64,000 nt of DNA, from the NCBI RefSeq assembly GCF_009834535.1, contig NC_045706.1, positions 248,001 to 312,000 on the forward strand, given 5' to 3'. Source of the stretch: Camelus ferus (taxonomy: Eukaryota). A program made the position numbers and the translations under genes. Positions 38,307 to 50,538 of this stretch are shown one piece after another. The notes beneath the pieces were generated by a model that saw only the letters and a list, made by a program, of their open reading frames with translations, had not been told where the DNA came from and searched no databases. Within the stretch, counting starts at the first letter, position 1. The number at the start of each line of letters is the position of its first letter.

Positions 38307-38743
38307 GTGAGGTGGCAGGTCGCCCAGGTGTGCCCAGGGCACGTGGCATGGTAGGTAGGCCTACTCCTCTGAATGTGTAAAAGAGGTCATGCAACTTGGG
38401 GGTTTACTTAAATGTAAGGTGGAAACGAACCCCAAACTGCTTGGAGGGGCCACTCTGATGCTGAATGTTCAGTCTGTTCCAAGGCAGTCAGATCTTGTGT
38501 GTGCGAGCAACTAGTGAGAGAGCCCAACCTTCTCCAGGTCCCCCTCTGGTCTGTTTCCTGTCCACGTGCCTCTGCGTCACCCCCGTCAGCTCTGTCCCAC
38601 TGCCCAGCTATGTGTCCACGTGGCCATTCCCCACTGCCCCCAGCACCTACCCATGGGGACACTCAGTGTCTACCTTCTGATGGAGGGGCTGCAGCGGTCG
38701 TGGGGTCTCTGCTCTGGTAACTGGGGCCTCGTTTCCACACCAG

Positions 38744-38871
38744 CTGGAGCTGACATCAAGGAAATGCAGAACCACACATTCCAGGACTGTTACTCTGGCG
38801 CGTTCTTGAGCCACTGGGACCGACTCACCCGGGTCAAGAAGCCCATCATAGCCGCTGTCAATGGCTACGCC
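38744..38871 (+). CDS. ECHS1: ECHS1 exon 3: (A)[42 protein letters not shown]
   Basis: 128 nt, AG/GT; crotonase AGAD motif. Confidence 0.97.
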
Positions 38872-39584
38872 GTGAGTGTCAGCCCACGGCTCCTCCTGCA
38901 CCCGGAATGCCTGGCAGAATTGTACTGTGTGCAGAACCGATGTTTATCTTGAGGGGGCCCAAGTCTTGTTCCCAGGCTCGCAGGCCTTTCCTGCTGAGTG
39001 ATGCTGAAGAGTAGAGGGAGGAGGTGTTTCAGCATCTGCCTTGCGGGTGTCGGCTGTTGGCGCTCGGGTTTCTTTGCTAGTCCAGCCCCTGGTCCATGGT
39101 GTGGCCCTGTTACTCCCCCTTGCAAGGTTAAGGATACATGTGTTGGCTTTTTGCCTAGTTTTGATGACTTTCCAACCTGTGCTGCCCTGTCAGCTAACCT
39201 CTCTCCCTACCATTGGAAGCTCTGCGGCCCCTCTTTGTTGCATCGGGGTCTCCGAGGCACATGGCCTGCTTAGAGGTGCTGGGGCCTCGTGTGGCCTGCA
39301 GAGAAGGGAGGCGGACGTTTCACCTAACGGTTACTTAATGCAGCTCCCTTGGGGTCAGTGGGCAAGGTTCTTGTAACACAGAGGCCCATCGGTTTCCCCA
39401 CAGCAGAGAGGACTGGCCACCACAGACACTGTAGGACCCACAAAGCCAATAGTAGTTACTGTCTGGCCCCTTACAGAAAGTTCGCCAGAACTGACCACGT
39501 GTAGGTGGTTTACGGGAACAGTTAACTGACTTTGTACCTCTGCACTAACCTTTACTGTCTCGTTTTAGTAGAAATTGTAAGTAA

Positions 39585-39749
<165 letters not shown>

Positions 39750-40300
39750 TGATGATAACTCCAGCATAAACTCTTCAAGGAAATGTCCAGAATCTGCCGT
39801 GTCTCAGGGGCACACGGGCTGCTCCAATGACAGACAAGCACGTGGGGCTGTCACGTGGGACAGGAGATGGCTGTCTGTCCTCACGCTGCTCCCTCTGCCA
39901 GCCGGCACACCGGGCCTGGGTGGGCACCGCAGCTCAGTGTGGCCTGGGAGCCTCGGAGCTGTGCCAGCCAGAGCCCCATCAGATGCCATCAGGAAAGGCT
40001 GGCCGCCCAGTGGCCTGTCGCCACACCGATTGTTGCTCATGAGCCACGTCCACAGCGGAGGCTTGCAGATCGGCAGCTCGGAGAGGAGGACATGGTAACT
40101 GTGGCCAGGGCAAGTGCCACAGCTTCACCCAAGTTCAGAGCAGGGACTCGATCCCCCATGGGGAGGCTGACAGGAGCAGGGGACAACAGTGATGCCTCTG
40201 TCCCTTGGTCTACCTGATGAGGGCGCCAGTCTCCAGTCCCCATGGGTCCCTGCCCTGTGTAGAGCCTGGAGCCAAGGTCATCTCCCGAGCTGGCCAGGCT

Positions 40301-40345
40301 GGGCAGGGAGTGGCTGTGGGGGCAGGGAGTGGCTGTGGGGGCAGG
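40301..40345 (+). repeat. 19-bp G-rich tandem repeat GGGCAGGGAGTGGCTGTGG x2.3
   Basis: Read directly in ECHS1 intron 4. Confidence 0.85.
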
Positions 40346-40970
40346 AGAGGCTGAGGGAAGCCCTGTATGACCTCCCTGACCGCCAGGCTCTTCCCGTCCC
40401 TGTGCTCGAGGGCTTCACCGCATGGGGGCGGTGCCCGAGTCTGCTGGCCTGTGATGTTTCCTCCTCTGGTCCGCTTGGCTTTCTCCAGGTTCACCGTGGG
40501 GTGGGGGACCGGGAAGACCACTCTCTTCCCACCTGGAGGACCTGGGTGAGTGGGAGGGTGAGCGGGGCCTGTGGAGGCAAAGGTCCATGCTGGTTGGGTA
40601 CCCAGGGTCTGGGAGGGGAGCGTGTTCAGAGGGCCCAAGAGGCAGGAGCCCCAACCTTGTCTGGACCTCGAGCGGAGCAGGCTGTGATCAGAGGCCCCAG
40701 CTGTCCCCTGGTTTGGATTGGGTCAGGGGCCCTGAGCTGCGAGTTCCATGCATCTGTCCAAAGTCTGACTCTGCACTGATGTGGGTGCCTAAGTATGGAA
40801 AGGAGCTTCCCCTGAAGTTTCTCGCTGCCTCTAGCTGCCCCACCTGCTGGACGCCTTGGTACTGCCCACCCTCCCACCCACAACGGAGCCCATTTTAGCC
40901 CCTCGGAACTTGAGGACAACATGTCTGTGGCATCTTGGCTTGGGCTGGCCGCAGAGCTAGCTGTGACTAG

Positions 40971-41225
<255 letters not shown>

Positions 41226-41493
41226 TGAGGTACTGTGATACTGTGTACAAAGGAGGAACTGAGACACACATACTGGTTGACGAATGAAAATGAAGCCATC
41301 CCACTTCCCAAAGCCAACATGAGCAATGGGGGGTCTCCGAGGCCCCCTGCAGGCATGCTGTCTCCGCACTCCTCAGTGACCTGTGACAGTGAGCTGGTGA
41401 CCACAGCAGCCAAGGGCGCTGGCCCCACCTCGGGACGGTGTGACTCTCCTGTGTCTCTGCAGCCTTGTCAGTATCCGGGGGCCTGCACCGTGA

Positions 41494-41730
<237 letters not shown>

Positions 41731-42201
41731 TAATGTGTCGGGGTCTGAGTTACACACCTCAACCTGTTCTGAACAAAAACTGTTAGGAGTCTCAGTATTC
41801 CAGTGGCGGCTTTCTGTGGAGTTCTAGTTTCTAGTTGCTTGTTCCCAAATCCTGTTGAAATGGTCTGAGCTCCCCTTGGTAGCAGGACCAACCTTGGGGG
41901 ACAGACGGCTGGGAGGGTGCTGGCAGGCAGGGGAAGCACAGAAAGGGCTGGCAGCCCCCGAGGAAGCCAAGTCCGGCTCCTGAGAAACTCGGGGACTTGG
42001 GTTGGAGAGACTCCTCTCAGCCAGCAGCTCGGCCTGCCCATTTCTGCTTCATGGGGCCTCTGGCTGGGGCGGCGCATTTGAGAAGGGAGGCTGTGTTTAA
42101 ATCACAGTGAAATCAGAGTCCACATTGGTCCCCGGGGGATGTTTCCTATCACCACAAAAAGTTCTACATTCTCACATCTACCATCCCAGCTCCTAACTTA
42201 A

Positions 42202-42351
<150 letters not shown>

Positions 42352-43263
42352 TAGATTTTATCTCTAAATACTGTTTCTCTTTGGTCAGAACCGTTAGCTT
42401 CCCCGTAGCTGGATCAGATGTGTTCTATCAGTGAGCACTGATCTTTGTAAATAAGTCCAGTGTGTGGAAGTTAAGAAGTACAGAAACTTTACAGGGTTAT
42501 TTCCTGTTACAAAAGATCTCAGGAATGGCGCCCTTGAACTTAAAATGCAGTCCATTTACCCGTCATTTTCCTAGATTGTTCCAATTACTTGCGATGGGGC
42601 TTAAATGTATTATACTATAATCTGAAGCTTTAGAGCATTATTTTCTAGGATATCTGGTAGTAACTTAAAATGTTCTTTTAATAATCATTAAAATTCATTT
42701 CTTATCAGAAAGTCTTATCTAGGTGTTTATAAAAGATTAGGATGGGTTTGGCTCTTGAGGAAGTGCAGGTGTGTGTGTGCAAGCACGTGTGTGCGCGCAC
42801 ATGTGTCTGTGTGCACATGTGCACACGGCAGAAAGGAGGCAGACGTAGGGTTCAGATTCTCCTGTCCTGCTTCTGGACCCCCAGGACACTCCCTTACACA
42901 AATCATGACTAGATCCAGGTGATAATTTGGTGAATGACCCAAGTACTTGCATCTGAGGTTCTCTGTAGGTAAGAGTTTATGTCACACGTAGGTTAGTGAG
43001 TGGTTCCTGAGTGACCGTCACCAAGGCAGGGCAAGGGTGGGAGTGTCTTAATATAAAATACCCATTCCCAGGCTGGCCCTACTTGGTCAGGAAATCCAGA
43101 TCATTCCCAGTGTTCCAGGTGGTCCCGACGCAGAATCCTCCCCCCACTTCGCCACCCTGCGAGTGTGGACGGCTAGAGCAGGGAGGAACCTGCAGGCAGA
43201 GCCTGGAACGTCGACCCAGTAGGAAGTGAATGTCCACCTCTGCCTTTTTCCTTTTCCCACCAG

Positions 43264-43329
43264 GAGGACCAGAAGGAAGGGATGACTGCTTTTGTGGAGA
43301 AGAGAAAGGCCAACTTCAAAGACCAGTGA
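43264..43329 (+). CDS. ECHS1: ECHS1 exon 8 (last): EDQKEGMTAFVEKRKANFKDQ*
   Basis: 66 nt; total CDS 873 nt = 290 aa. Confidence 0.97.
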   Translation, partial: EDQKEGMTAFVEKRKANFKDQ

Positions 43330-43398
43330 GAACTGGCTGCCTGTGCTTCCAAACCTCTGTTTCGAGAGGAAAAATACAGCCTGTCAGTTTCAGAAGCA

Positions 43399-43404
43399 AA
43401 TAAA
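43399..43404 (+). terminator. ECHS1: ECHS1 candidate polyA signal AATAAA
   Basis: 70 nt after the TGA, followed by a U-rich stretch. Confidence 0.6.
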
Positions 43405-43796
43405 TCCTTCTCTTTTAAACGCAGCGTCAGTGACACACAGCTTCTCTCTGGCTGTGCGGGGCTGTGCGGGCTCACGCTCCGCCGGATGGAGGTGGCCTTC
43501 GCCTGGTGGTTGCAAAGGCCCCCGCTCGGTCGCCCAGTGGATGTGGCCACTCAGGGAAGGCCTCGCTGGGGCCATTGAAGAGTCGCGCTCTTGACAAAAG
43601 GATACGCTTTTTTTCAATTATCTCTAGGTTGAGTGTTCTATCACTTTTTTAAAGCCTCTTTGTTATTATAAGTAACAACATTCAGGCAGAAAAAAAGCAC
43701 CCCACCCCACTCTAAGCACAACCACTGCTCATAGGTTCATAGTTCTCGAAAGATTTTTCTGTGCCCACACCCATACTCAGGTATGAATTCGAGGGT

Positions 43797-43896
43797 GGGG
43801 AGGATATAGCTCAGAGGTAGAACGTGTGCTTAATAGGCACGAGGTCCTGGGTTCAATCCCCAGCACCTGCATTAAAGAAAGAAAAGAAGAAGAAAA
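43797..43896 (+). mobile_element. Camelid-type tRNA-derived SINE (Vic-1-like)
   Basis: GGGGAGGATATAGCTCAGAGGTAG (A box 43807-43817)...GGTTCAATCCC (B box 43850-43860) followed by an A-rich tail. Confidence 0.88.
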
Positions 43897-43989
43897 ACAC
43901 TTGGTTTTTCTTTGTACAGAAATGGTATTCCGTGTACACACTTCTGCAGAGCGCACCCATCATCTCTCTGCTTCTGTCATACAAATGCA

Positions 43990-44300
43990 CCCTCGTCTCT
44001 TGTTAGACTAGCATTCTTTCTTATTGTGGTAAAATATAAAAAAAAATTTGCCATTTTAACCGTTTTAAATGTACATTTGAGCAGCATTAAGTGTTCTTCA
44101 TCCATCTCCAGACTGTTGCGTCGTCCCAAACTCTACCCTTTGGACACTAACTCCCGGCTCCCCTCCCCCGGGCCTGGTGACCCGCTTTCTACGTTCTGTC
44201 GCTGCATTTAGTGTAATACTTCCAAAGTCCATCCAGGTTATAGCAAGAATAGTTTCATTTCTTTTCATTGCTGAAACCGTTCCTGCTAGTGTTTCTTTCA
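43990..44300 (-). mobile_element. L1M 3' end fragment
   Basis: TTATTGTGGTAAAATATA...TTTGCCATTTTAACCGTTTTAAATGTACA is the classic L1MA/MB 3' terminus in antisense. Confidence 0.75.
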
Positions 44301-44594
44301 ATGGCCCTGAAATATTTTATAATAAGTACATGTAATTTGCTTGTTTGCATGGTGTTGGATGTTTAGACTGTGTCCATTTCCTTAACTCAGAACCACCGTG
44401 TACGACAGTGCGGTGAACGTTCTCCACGTGAATCCTTGCACCTCAGTGTGAGCACGTCCTTGAGGATGAGGCCGTGGGTGCACCTGTGGGAACAGGGCTG
44501 TGGTGCCTGCCCGCCCCCGGCAGCTGGTCAGCAGGGCCTCTTCTCTGGTCTCCTCTGTGCTGGGCGGGCTGAGTCTCCAAGATTGACCTTAGGA

Positions 44595-44685
44595 CTGCTT
44601 GCATCAGAATCCCAGGGGTGTTTGTTTAAAGTGCACGTTCCCAGACCTGGCTCAGAACTAGGGGAGGCCCTGGAACCCACAGTCT
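44595..44685 (+). mobile_element. MER5A-like hAT fragment
   Basis: TGCATCAGAATCCCAGGGGTGTTTGTTTAAAGTGCA...CCCAGACC. Confidence 0.55.
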
Positions 44686-46362
44686 CTGGCACAGTGTGGT
44701 CCTTCATGCCATTTGCTGTGGGAGAGTATAATTTATGCACCAAGTTTCCTTTGGTGGCTTCAGACCCCAGGAAGGCCTCACAGGACACTGGGTGACCAAG
44801 TGACCAGAGTTACAGGAAACCAGCTCTGCCCCCACTGGACATCTGTTTAATTCTCAAGTCACAGCCCAGCTCAGAACACTTAACTTTCCATTTTACACCA
44901 GATTCTACAGCAAATGTCCAGTGGGAGAGTCATACAGGTCTGGAGCGTGGGACTAAGGCCCGTGTCCTACTGCCTAGGAGGGCAGGTGAAGGTGGCAGTG
45001 GCTGCTCTGGGTCAGAGGCCCCAGCATCAATGTCCTCAGACCCTCCAAGCTGAGGCCCGCACAACTACGTCTGTACAAGTGGGCGCCAGGCGGCATGAGG
45101 CCTCTGCTGGCCCTCGGTGCTGGTGCGCACACAAAGCAGCTACAGATTAACAGACGGGCCAGGTGAGGGGTGAGGCCCTCTGACTGCCACGTGTCCCCCA
45201 CCCCCACCCCATCAGTCTTGCTCTGCAGAGAGTCCCACCTGTCGGAAGCACAGTGGGTTCCACTCAAAACCCAGGGCAGAGCTCTGCCTAAGAAGGGCTC
45301 CACGGTAAGATGTACACCTGGCCTGTCAGGACCCAGGCTTCGGAGCCCTCCTCCTCCAGGGAGCCCACCGTCCAGCAAAGACCTGAGAGCACCTGGTACA
45401 GGTGTTTCCTCCGCCTTGTCCTACAGCCAGGTTTGGGCAGGTAGCATGACGACAAGCCCAGCAGAGGTCATTTCTGCAGGTGTGGATTGTAGTCATGGCG
45501 CTGGGCTGGGCTGGGGCTGGGAGCGTGTACCCTCCCCACCCCAGGACCTGAGCTGAAGGCCAAGGAGAAACCCACCTGCATGTGAGGAAGAGCTGAAGTG
45601 GCCCGTGAGGCTTTGGCTGCCTGAGCACCACGACCACCTGCCCTTGTTCCGGTTGTTTGTACGGGTTGGGTGGGGGCGCTCTGCAGTCTCCCCTCAGAAG
45701 GCTGTTCTGCCCTCCTGCGTATGCTGTCAGTTGGAGAAAGAGGCAGTGGTGCTGTTATGTGACAGGACCCTCCCCAGACACTGAGTTCTGATGAAGTCGC
45801 CCTTGAGATGATGGTGATGGTCTTTTCAAATAGGGCTGTTTGACGCCTTATTACAGAAGCAGGGACAAGTGGCTGCGAGGATCAGGCTCTCCCGGGGGCC
45901 AGGAGCCCGGAAGGCCAGGCCGGGCATTCTTCGTGGCGATAGATGCAGACCAGGATGCACGAGGTGATGACACACCATCTGCCCTTGAGTCTAGGGTAAG
46001 CAAGCACGGGGATCCACGGGAGGAGACCTTACAGCTGAGAAAATTCAAGCACTGGTTTAATTTTCCACACACACTGGGCAGGGGCCTTCACAGTCGATTT
46101 TGAGCAAGGGGACCCAAGTCTGTAGGGCCAGTTGTGAAGTCTGTCCAAGACTCACCTGCGTGCCCTGTCCTGGCAGTTCAGCAGAAGCCAAGAAACTGGC
46201 TCAACATGGAGCCCACACATAAAGCCTCTGTGTGTATCTTGAAGATCTGTGACTGTTACCAAGGCTGTTGCCCCAGCATCATACCCCTGCCCCTCCGTTG
46301 AATGGAAACCAACTGCTCTGATCTAAGTCTCGGGAGGCAGCTGCGAAGTGAAAAAAACAACC

Positions 46363-46799
46363 TGTTAGAACGAACTAGGCCCAAGATGGCAGAGGATCTG
46401 CCTTCCAGTCGACCTTGAGCCTCATTATACGCTCATTGTAATTCATTAACTGCTGAACGGCACACCCACCAGCGCCAGGACATTTGACAGTTGCCACTGA
46501 CAACAACCTGAAAAGCCCATACAAGGACTGGAAAGGAGAGTTGCATCAGTTCCGGGTCCAAGCCACACCCCTATTCCTGGATAAGTCAAGAGTGTACCTC
46601 CCTCTCTTCCAGATTCCCTCCCTTTCACCTCCACTCTCCTTTAGATTTGGTCTTTCCACCCGCATTGGGTGGAGAAGTTGATTGGCAGACTAGATCCCTG
46701 CTCCTCCCTTCACTGGCCATTGAATAAAGCCTGTGCTGTTCTAGTCTCAGCACTGGTTTTGTTATCTATCGGAAAAGAACGCTCCTGGCCAAGACAGCA
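46363..46799 (+). mobile_element. ERV1-class LTR (MER39/MER41-like)
   Basis: Starts TGTTAGAAC...CCCAAGATGGC; CTTCCAGTCGACCTTGAGCCTCATTATA block related to the LTRs at 17447 and 63243; AATAAA at 46723-46728. 3' end approximate. Confidence 0.65.
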
Positions 46800-47851
46800 G
46801 GTCTCAGTCTGGGCTAGGACCCCCACAGGGTCACGTGGATTCCAGAGCAAGGCAGGGGCAGGAGTCCCACCCCTGGCCCAGCCTGGGGAAGAGCTCCTCT
46901 TCAGGCTGCAGGCTGGGCCCAGGGCTTGGGGAGGCCAGGACTGCACACGTGTGACAGTGCACTTTGCGGTGAGTGGCAGCATGGGGGCTACACCCCAGCC
47001 AGACTGCACAGGCTTCCGCTCCCTCTTGAGTTAACTGACCTCTGGCCCCATGTTGTTTTGGGGTTTTGATTCGTTTTTGAAGCTGAAAACTTTCCTTCTC
47101 ATCTGTCTATATAAAATTGGCTTTTCCCTCCTATATTCCTACCAAAAAGATAAGCTTCAGGGAATGTTAACTATAAGTCTGTCCCCTCGGATTTTGGAGT
47201 AGAACTGCTCACACACGACCCTCATTCTGGGCAGAGCTGGCCGCTCTGGGCGGCCCAAGTGCAGGCCCTGCTGACCATCTCCCTGGGCAGCCTCCTCCAG
47301 CAGCTAAGCTTCCCAGGGCCAAGCCATGGATGTGGGGTGTCTGTTGGCTGGTTTTCTGCTGTGGTCTCTTTCACGTACAGAAACCCAGGAGCTGCCAGGC
47401 CTCCAGCCATGTCCCTGAAGGGCTGACTGTCCATCTGGAAACAAGGTGGAAGAGGAAGGCTCCCAGGGGAGAGAGCCAGGCATGTGCTGGCCTGGCAGGG
47501 CTCTGGGTTGGGCTGTTTCCTGCCAGGTAGGCAGCAGTGAGTATTCAGTTGGCTGGGCAGACGAGCAGGGCAGCCCTGTAAGGTGAGGCCTGAGGGGCCA
47601 GGGCATGGAGGGCTAAGAGCCAGCTGGACTGAGCAAAAGCCTGTCTGCGGGCTGGGCAGTGAGGTTTGGTGCTGGGTTCTTAAGTAGGGGTATGACCAGG
47701 CCAGTGCAGGAATGGGCAGCTGCACTGAGGTCTTCCTTCCAGCCTGAGTGTAGACAGTGGGACAGGCAGAGAGCAGACACAGGGTTGAAGGCCAAGGGCA
47801 GTGTCATCAGGGCTTTTGGTGGCATCTTGGCAGGGCACAGGAGCTACCTGC

Positions 47852-48110
47852 ATTAGTCAGCTATTGCTGTGCAAAAAATCATCCCTGAACTTAGTGGCTG
47901 TGATCATCATTATCCTTTCTCACAGTCTGTATGGATCAGGAATCCAGACAGGCCACTGTGGGTCAGTTTGTCTCTGCTCCATGATGTCTGGTGCCTCAGC
48001 TGGAACCCCTGACTCATTGCTCACTGGTCTGGTGGCTGATGCTGTGGCAGCTGGGGCCCTAGGCTGAATGCCCACGGGGGGTCTCCACATCCCCTGAGTT
48101 TCCCGTCAGT
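47852..48110. mobile_element. MLT1 (MaLR) LTR fragment
   Basis: ATTAGTCAGCTATTGCTGTG...AACTTAGTGGCT...TCTCACAGTCTGT...GTCTCTGCTCCATGATGTCTGG. Confidence 0.7.
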
Positions 48111-48169
48111 GCTGTGTCTGGGTGCCTGGTGTCAAAAGTTCAAAAAAAAAAAACAGAAGTAAGACCAAC

Positions 48170-48552
48170 ACATTAGAAATTAGTATAAGTTTATGTGCAC
48201 ACACCAGAAAGACAGTTTGCCAACCCACACCACTCAAACCAAAACAGGGAATGAGGCTCAGAGGATGTTATGAAGCAGCTTACACAGTGTGAGCACAGTG
48301 ACTATGTGTCCTTTATTATGATTGGTTATAATATCGGAATTTTCTTAAATGAAAGGGAATTGGTTAGTGGTCACTTCACATCAGTTTTAGGGAACTATGT
48401 AAGTTTTGCTTACGATTTTCAGAGGCATAAGCAAGAACTGTTTCAGGTCAAGTTGACCTTCTTGTGCTGCAAAATAAGCTAAATTAAGCTTTGCTTATAT
48501 GGCTGGTTTTGTCTGCTCAGGGAATTTTTTCTGGTTGTGTTTGATTTTAACA
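48170..48552 (-). mobile_element. Probable ERV LTR, antisense, upstream of FUOM
   Basis: AT-rich island; reverse strand starts TGTTAAAA and contains CCAAT and AATAAA. 3' boundary uncertain. Confidence 0.5.
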
Positions 48553-49149
48553 CCAGGGCAAGTGTTCTGAAACAAGAATCAGGAGGAGCCACCCTCAGAA
48601 CCTCAGAAGCCAGGCAGCACCGTGTCCCGCATAGTCTTTCGGAGGCAGCTACAAAGGTCCACCCCGGAAGGTCCACTCACTGGTGCTTGCCAGAAAGGGA
48701 AAGTCAGTAGTGCCGCCAGTAGTGTTACGGAAAACAATCTGCTATCCACCCCAACCATGATCAGACCCAAGAATCACTATCACGATTCAGCTCCGGAGGC
48801 TGAGAGGCTGTGGCCTCCCCCTTGGGGTGGTGGGCGACTTCTCCCAGTGAGGAGCGCGTGGGAGACTGGCAGCAGCCTGGACAGAGAAGCACAGTGTGGT
48901 AGGCGGTCCCAGCTCTGAAGGGGGATTAACCCAGAGCCGGGCATCCCAGATTCCAAACCTCCAGGGGCCCAAGGTGAAGGCGGGAGGCGACGTCAGAGCA
49001 CTGCTGTCCTGGGCGGGGGTGCTGCGCACTGGCCAGGTATCTGAGGGGTCTCAGCAGGCTGCCGCCTGGAAGACACGGTTGGGGCGCTCTCAGCACAGCC
49101 GCCGGCCCTCAGGGGTCCTTCTGGAGGGAACAGTGTTGGTGGAAGGAGT

Positions 49150-49672
49150 AAGTCCGCCCTGTGGGGCCAGCCACTCCTCCCCACCTCGCGGCACCAGGGA
49201 CCCTGAGGGAGAGGGTGGGGGGCGAGGCCTGGGGGCGGAATGGGGGCGCGGGGGAGAACACTCTCACTCAGGGAGGAAGCTGGGGGGCCTCGGACCACAA
49301 ACACACGCTGGCGTCCGGCTCTCGGACCTGGCGAGGGATGCGAGGAATGCCACCTGCGAAGCCGGGCGGGTGTCGACCCCGCCCTGGCTAGGCCCGCGTG
49401 ACCCCACGTTCTCGGGGCGCCGCGATGGACCCTCCCCGCGCGGCTCGCGGGGCTTCCGCGGCCCTCCCTCCCTCCATCCAGCCCCCGCCCCTCTACAAGC
49501 CCGCCCTCCATTCTGGCCCCCCTCCCTCCGGCCCCGCCTTCTCACCCGGGCCCCGCCCCTCTCCTGCGGCCCTCCCTCCCTCCAGGCCCCGCCCGTCCGT
49601 CCAGCCCCGCCCCTCTCCCTCCAGGCCCCGCCCCGCCCCGCCCGCGGCCCGGCCCCCGCAGGCCCCGGGACC
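49150..49672 (+). promoter_or_regulatory. FUOM: FUOM CpG-island promoter with reiterated GC boxes
   Basis: About eight CCCGCCC/CCCCGCCCC-type motifs in degenerate 20-30-bp repeats (49480-49650); good Kozak GGACCATGG. Confidence 0.8.
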
Positions 49673-49757
49673 ATGGTGGTGCTGAAGGGCGTCCCCGCGC
49701 TGCTGTCCCCCGAGCTGCTCTACGCCCTGGCGCGGATGGGGCACGGAGACGAGATCG
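49673..49757 (+). CDS. FUOM: FUOM exon 1: MVVLKGVPALLSPELLYALARMGHGDEI(V); fucose mutarotase (RbsD/FucU family)
   Basis: MGHGDEI family motif; 85 nt; donor G|GTGAGC. Confidence 0.97.
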
Positions 49758-50267
49758 GTGAGCGCGGCAGAGGCAGGGCCTCGGGGAGACCGCTGCATCG
49801 GGCAAAAGTCGGGCGAGGCTCCCGGTTCCCTCGCCTCCCCCGGCCCCGCACGGGTCCTGGCCCACGTGATGTCCCGGCCAGGAGGCGACGGACTCCTGGC
49901 GTCCAGGAAGAGCCGGGTCCTGGGTGAGGCCACTGGTTTGGCCGTCCCCTCTTTCTTTAGGAAACTGAGGGCTGGGCGATCACGAGGACGATGGCCCTCG
50001 GCCTGGGAGGGATTGTGTCAGGGCTAGTCCAGTTCCTCCCCCAGCCCGAGGGTCCGGGGCCCCAGCGGCCAAGTCCACGCTCTGACCCCAGGCCCTCTGT
50101 GCGGCTCATACTCCAACCCCTTCCCGACGCGGCCCCGAGGGGCCACAACCGCCTGCGCCTGGGCTGTACCCTGACGTTTGCAGTGGTTTCTCTTTTCCTG
50201 GGATTGTGGGCCTTGGGCGGGGGCTGCTGGCCGGACGCTGAGCGAGACTCCAGGCAGCATTCTGGTA

Positions 50268-50310
50268 ACACCTGCAGTTCCTCCTACACCTGCAGTTCCT
50301 CCTGCACCTG
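50268..50310 (+). repeat. 18-bp tandem repeat ACACCTGCAGTTCCTCCT x2 plus a partial third copy
   Basis: Read directly in FUOM intron 1. Confidence 0.9.
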
Positions 50311-50469
50311 GTGCTGCCTCTCCTTCCGCCTCCACTCTAACGGGATGGGAGGCGCAACCGGCGTGGCCTAACGGGTCTGGCCGCTGACTGTTGGTGTGCG
50401 CCTGCCCACGCGGTGGGAGGGTGGGCTGCACGGACCCATCTGGGATGTCTAATCCCTCTGGCTGTTCAG

Positions 50470-50538
50470 TTCTTGCAGACGTGAACTTCCCCACCTCCTC
50501 CATCTGCAGGTGTGGCCCAGAGGAGATCCGTGCCGATG
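50470..50538 (+). CDS. FUOM: FUOM exon 2: (V)LADVNFPTSSICRCGPEEIRAD(G)
   Basis: 69 nt, AG/GT; ADxNFP motif. Confidence 0.95.

Noticed and set aside
43797-43870. tRNA gene
   Set aside because: Has A and B boxes but continues into a SINE body and A-rich tail without a proper acceptor stem; a tRNA-derived SINE with a second copy at 29.7 kb.
48896-49927. 343-aa ORF ending across FUOM exon 1
   Set aside because: Non-ATG start running through the CpG island in frame with the real FUOM ATG (49673) and into intron 1; artefact of stop-codon depletion.
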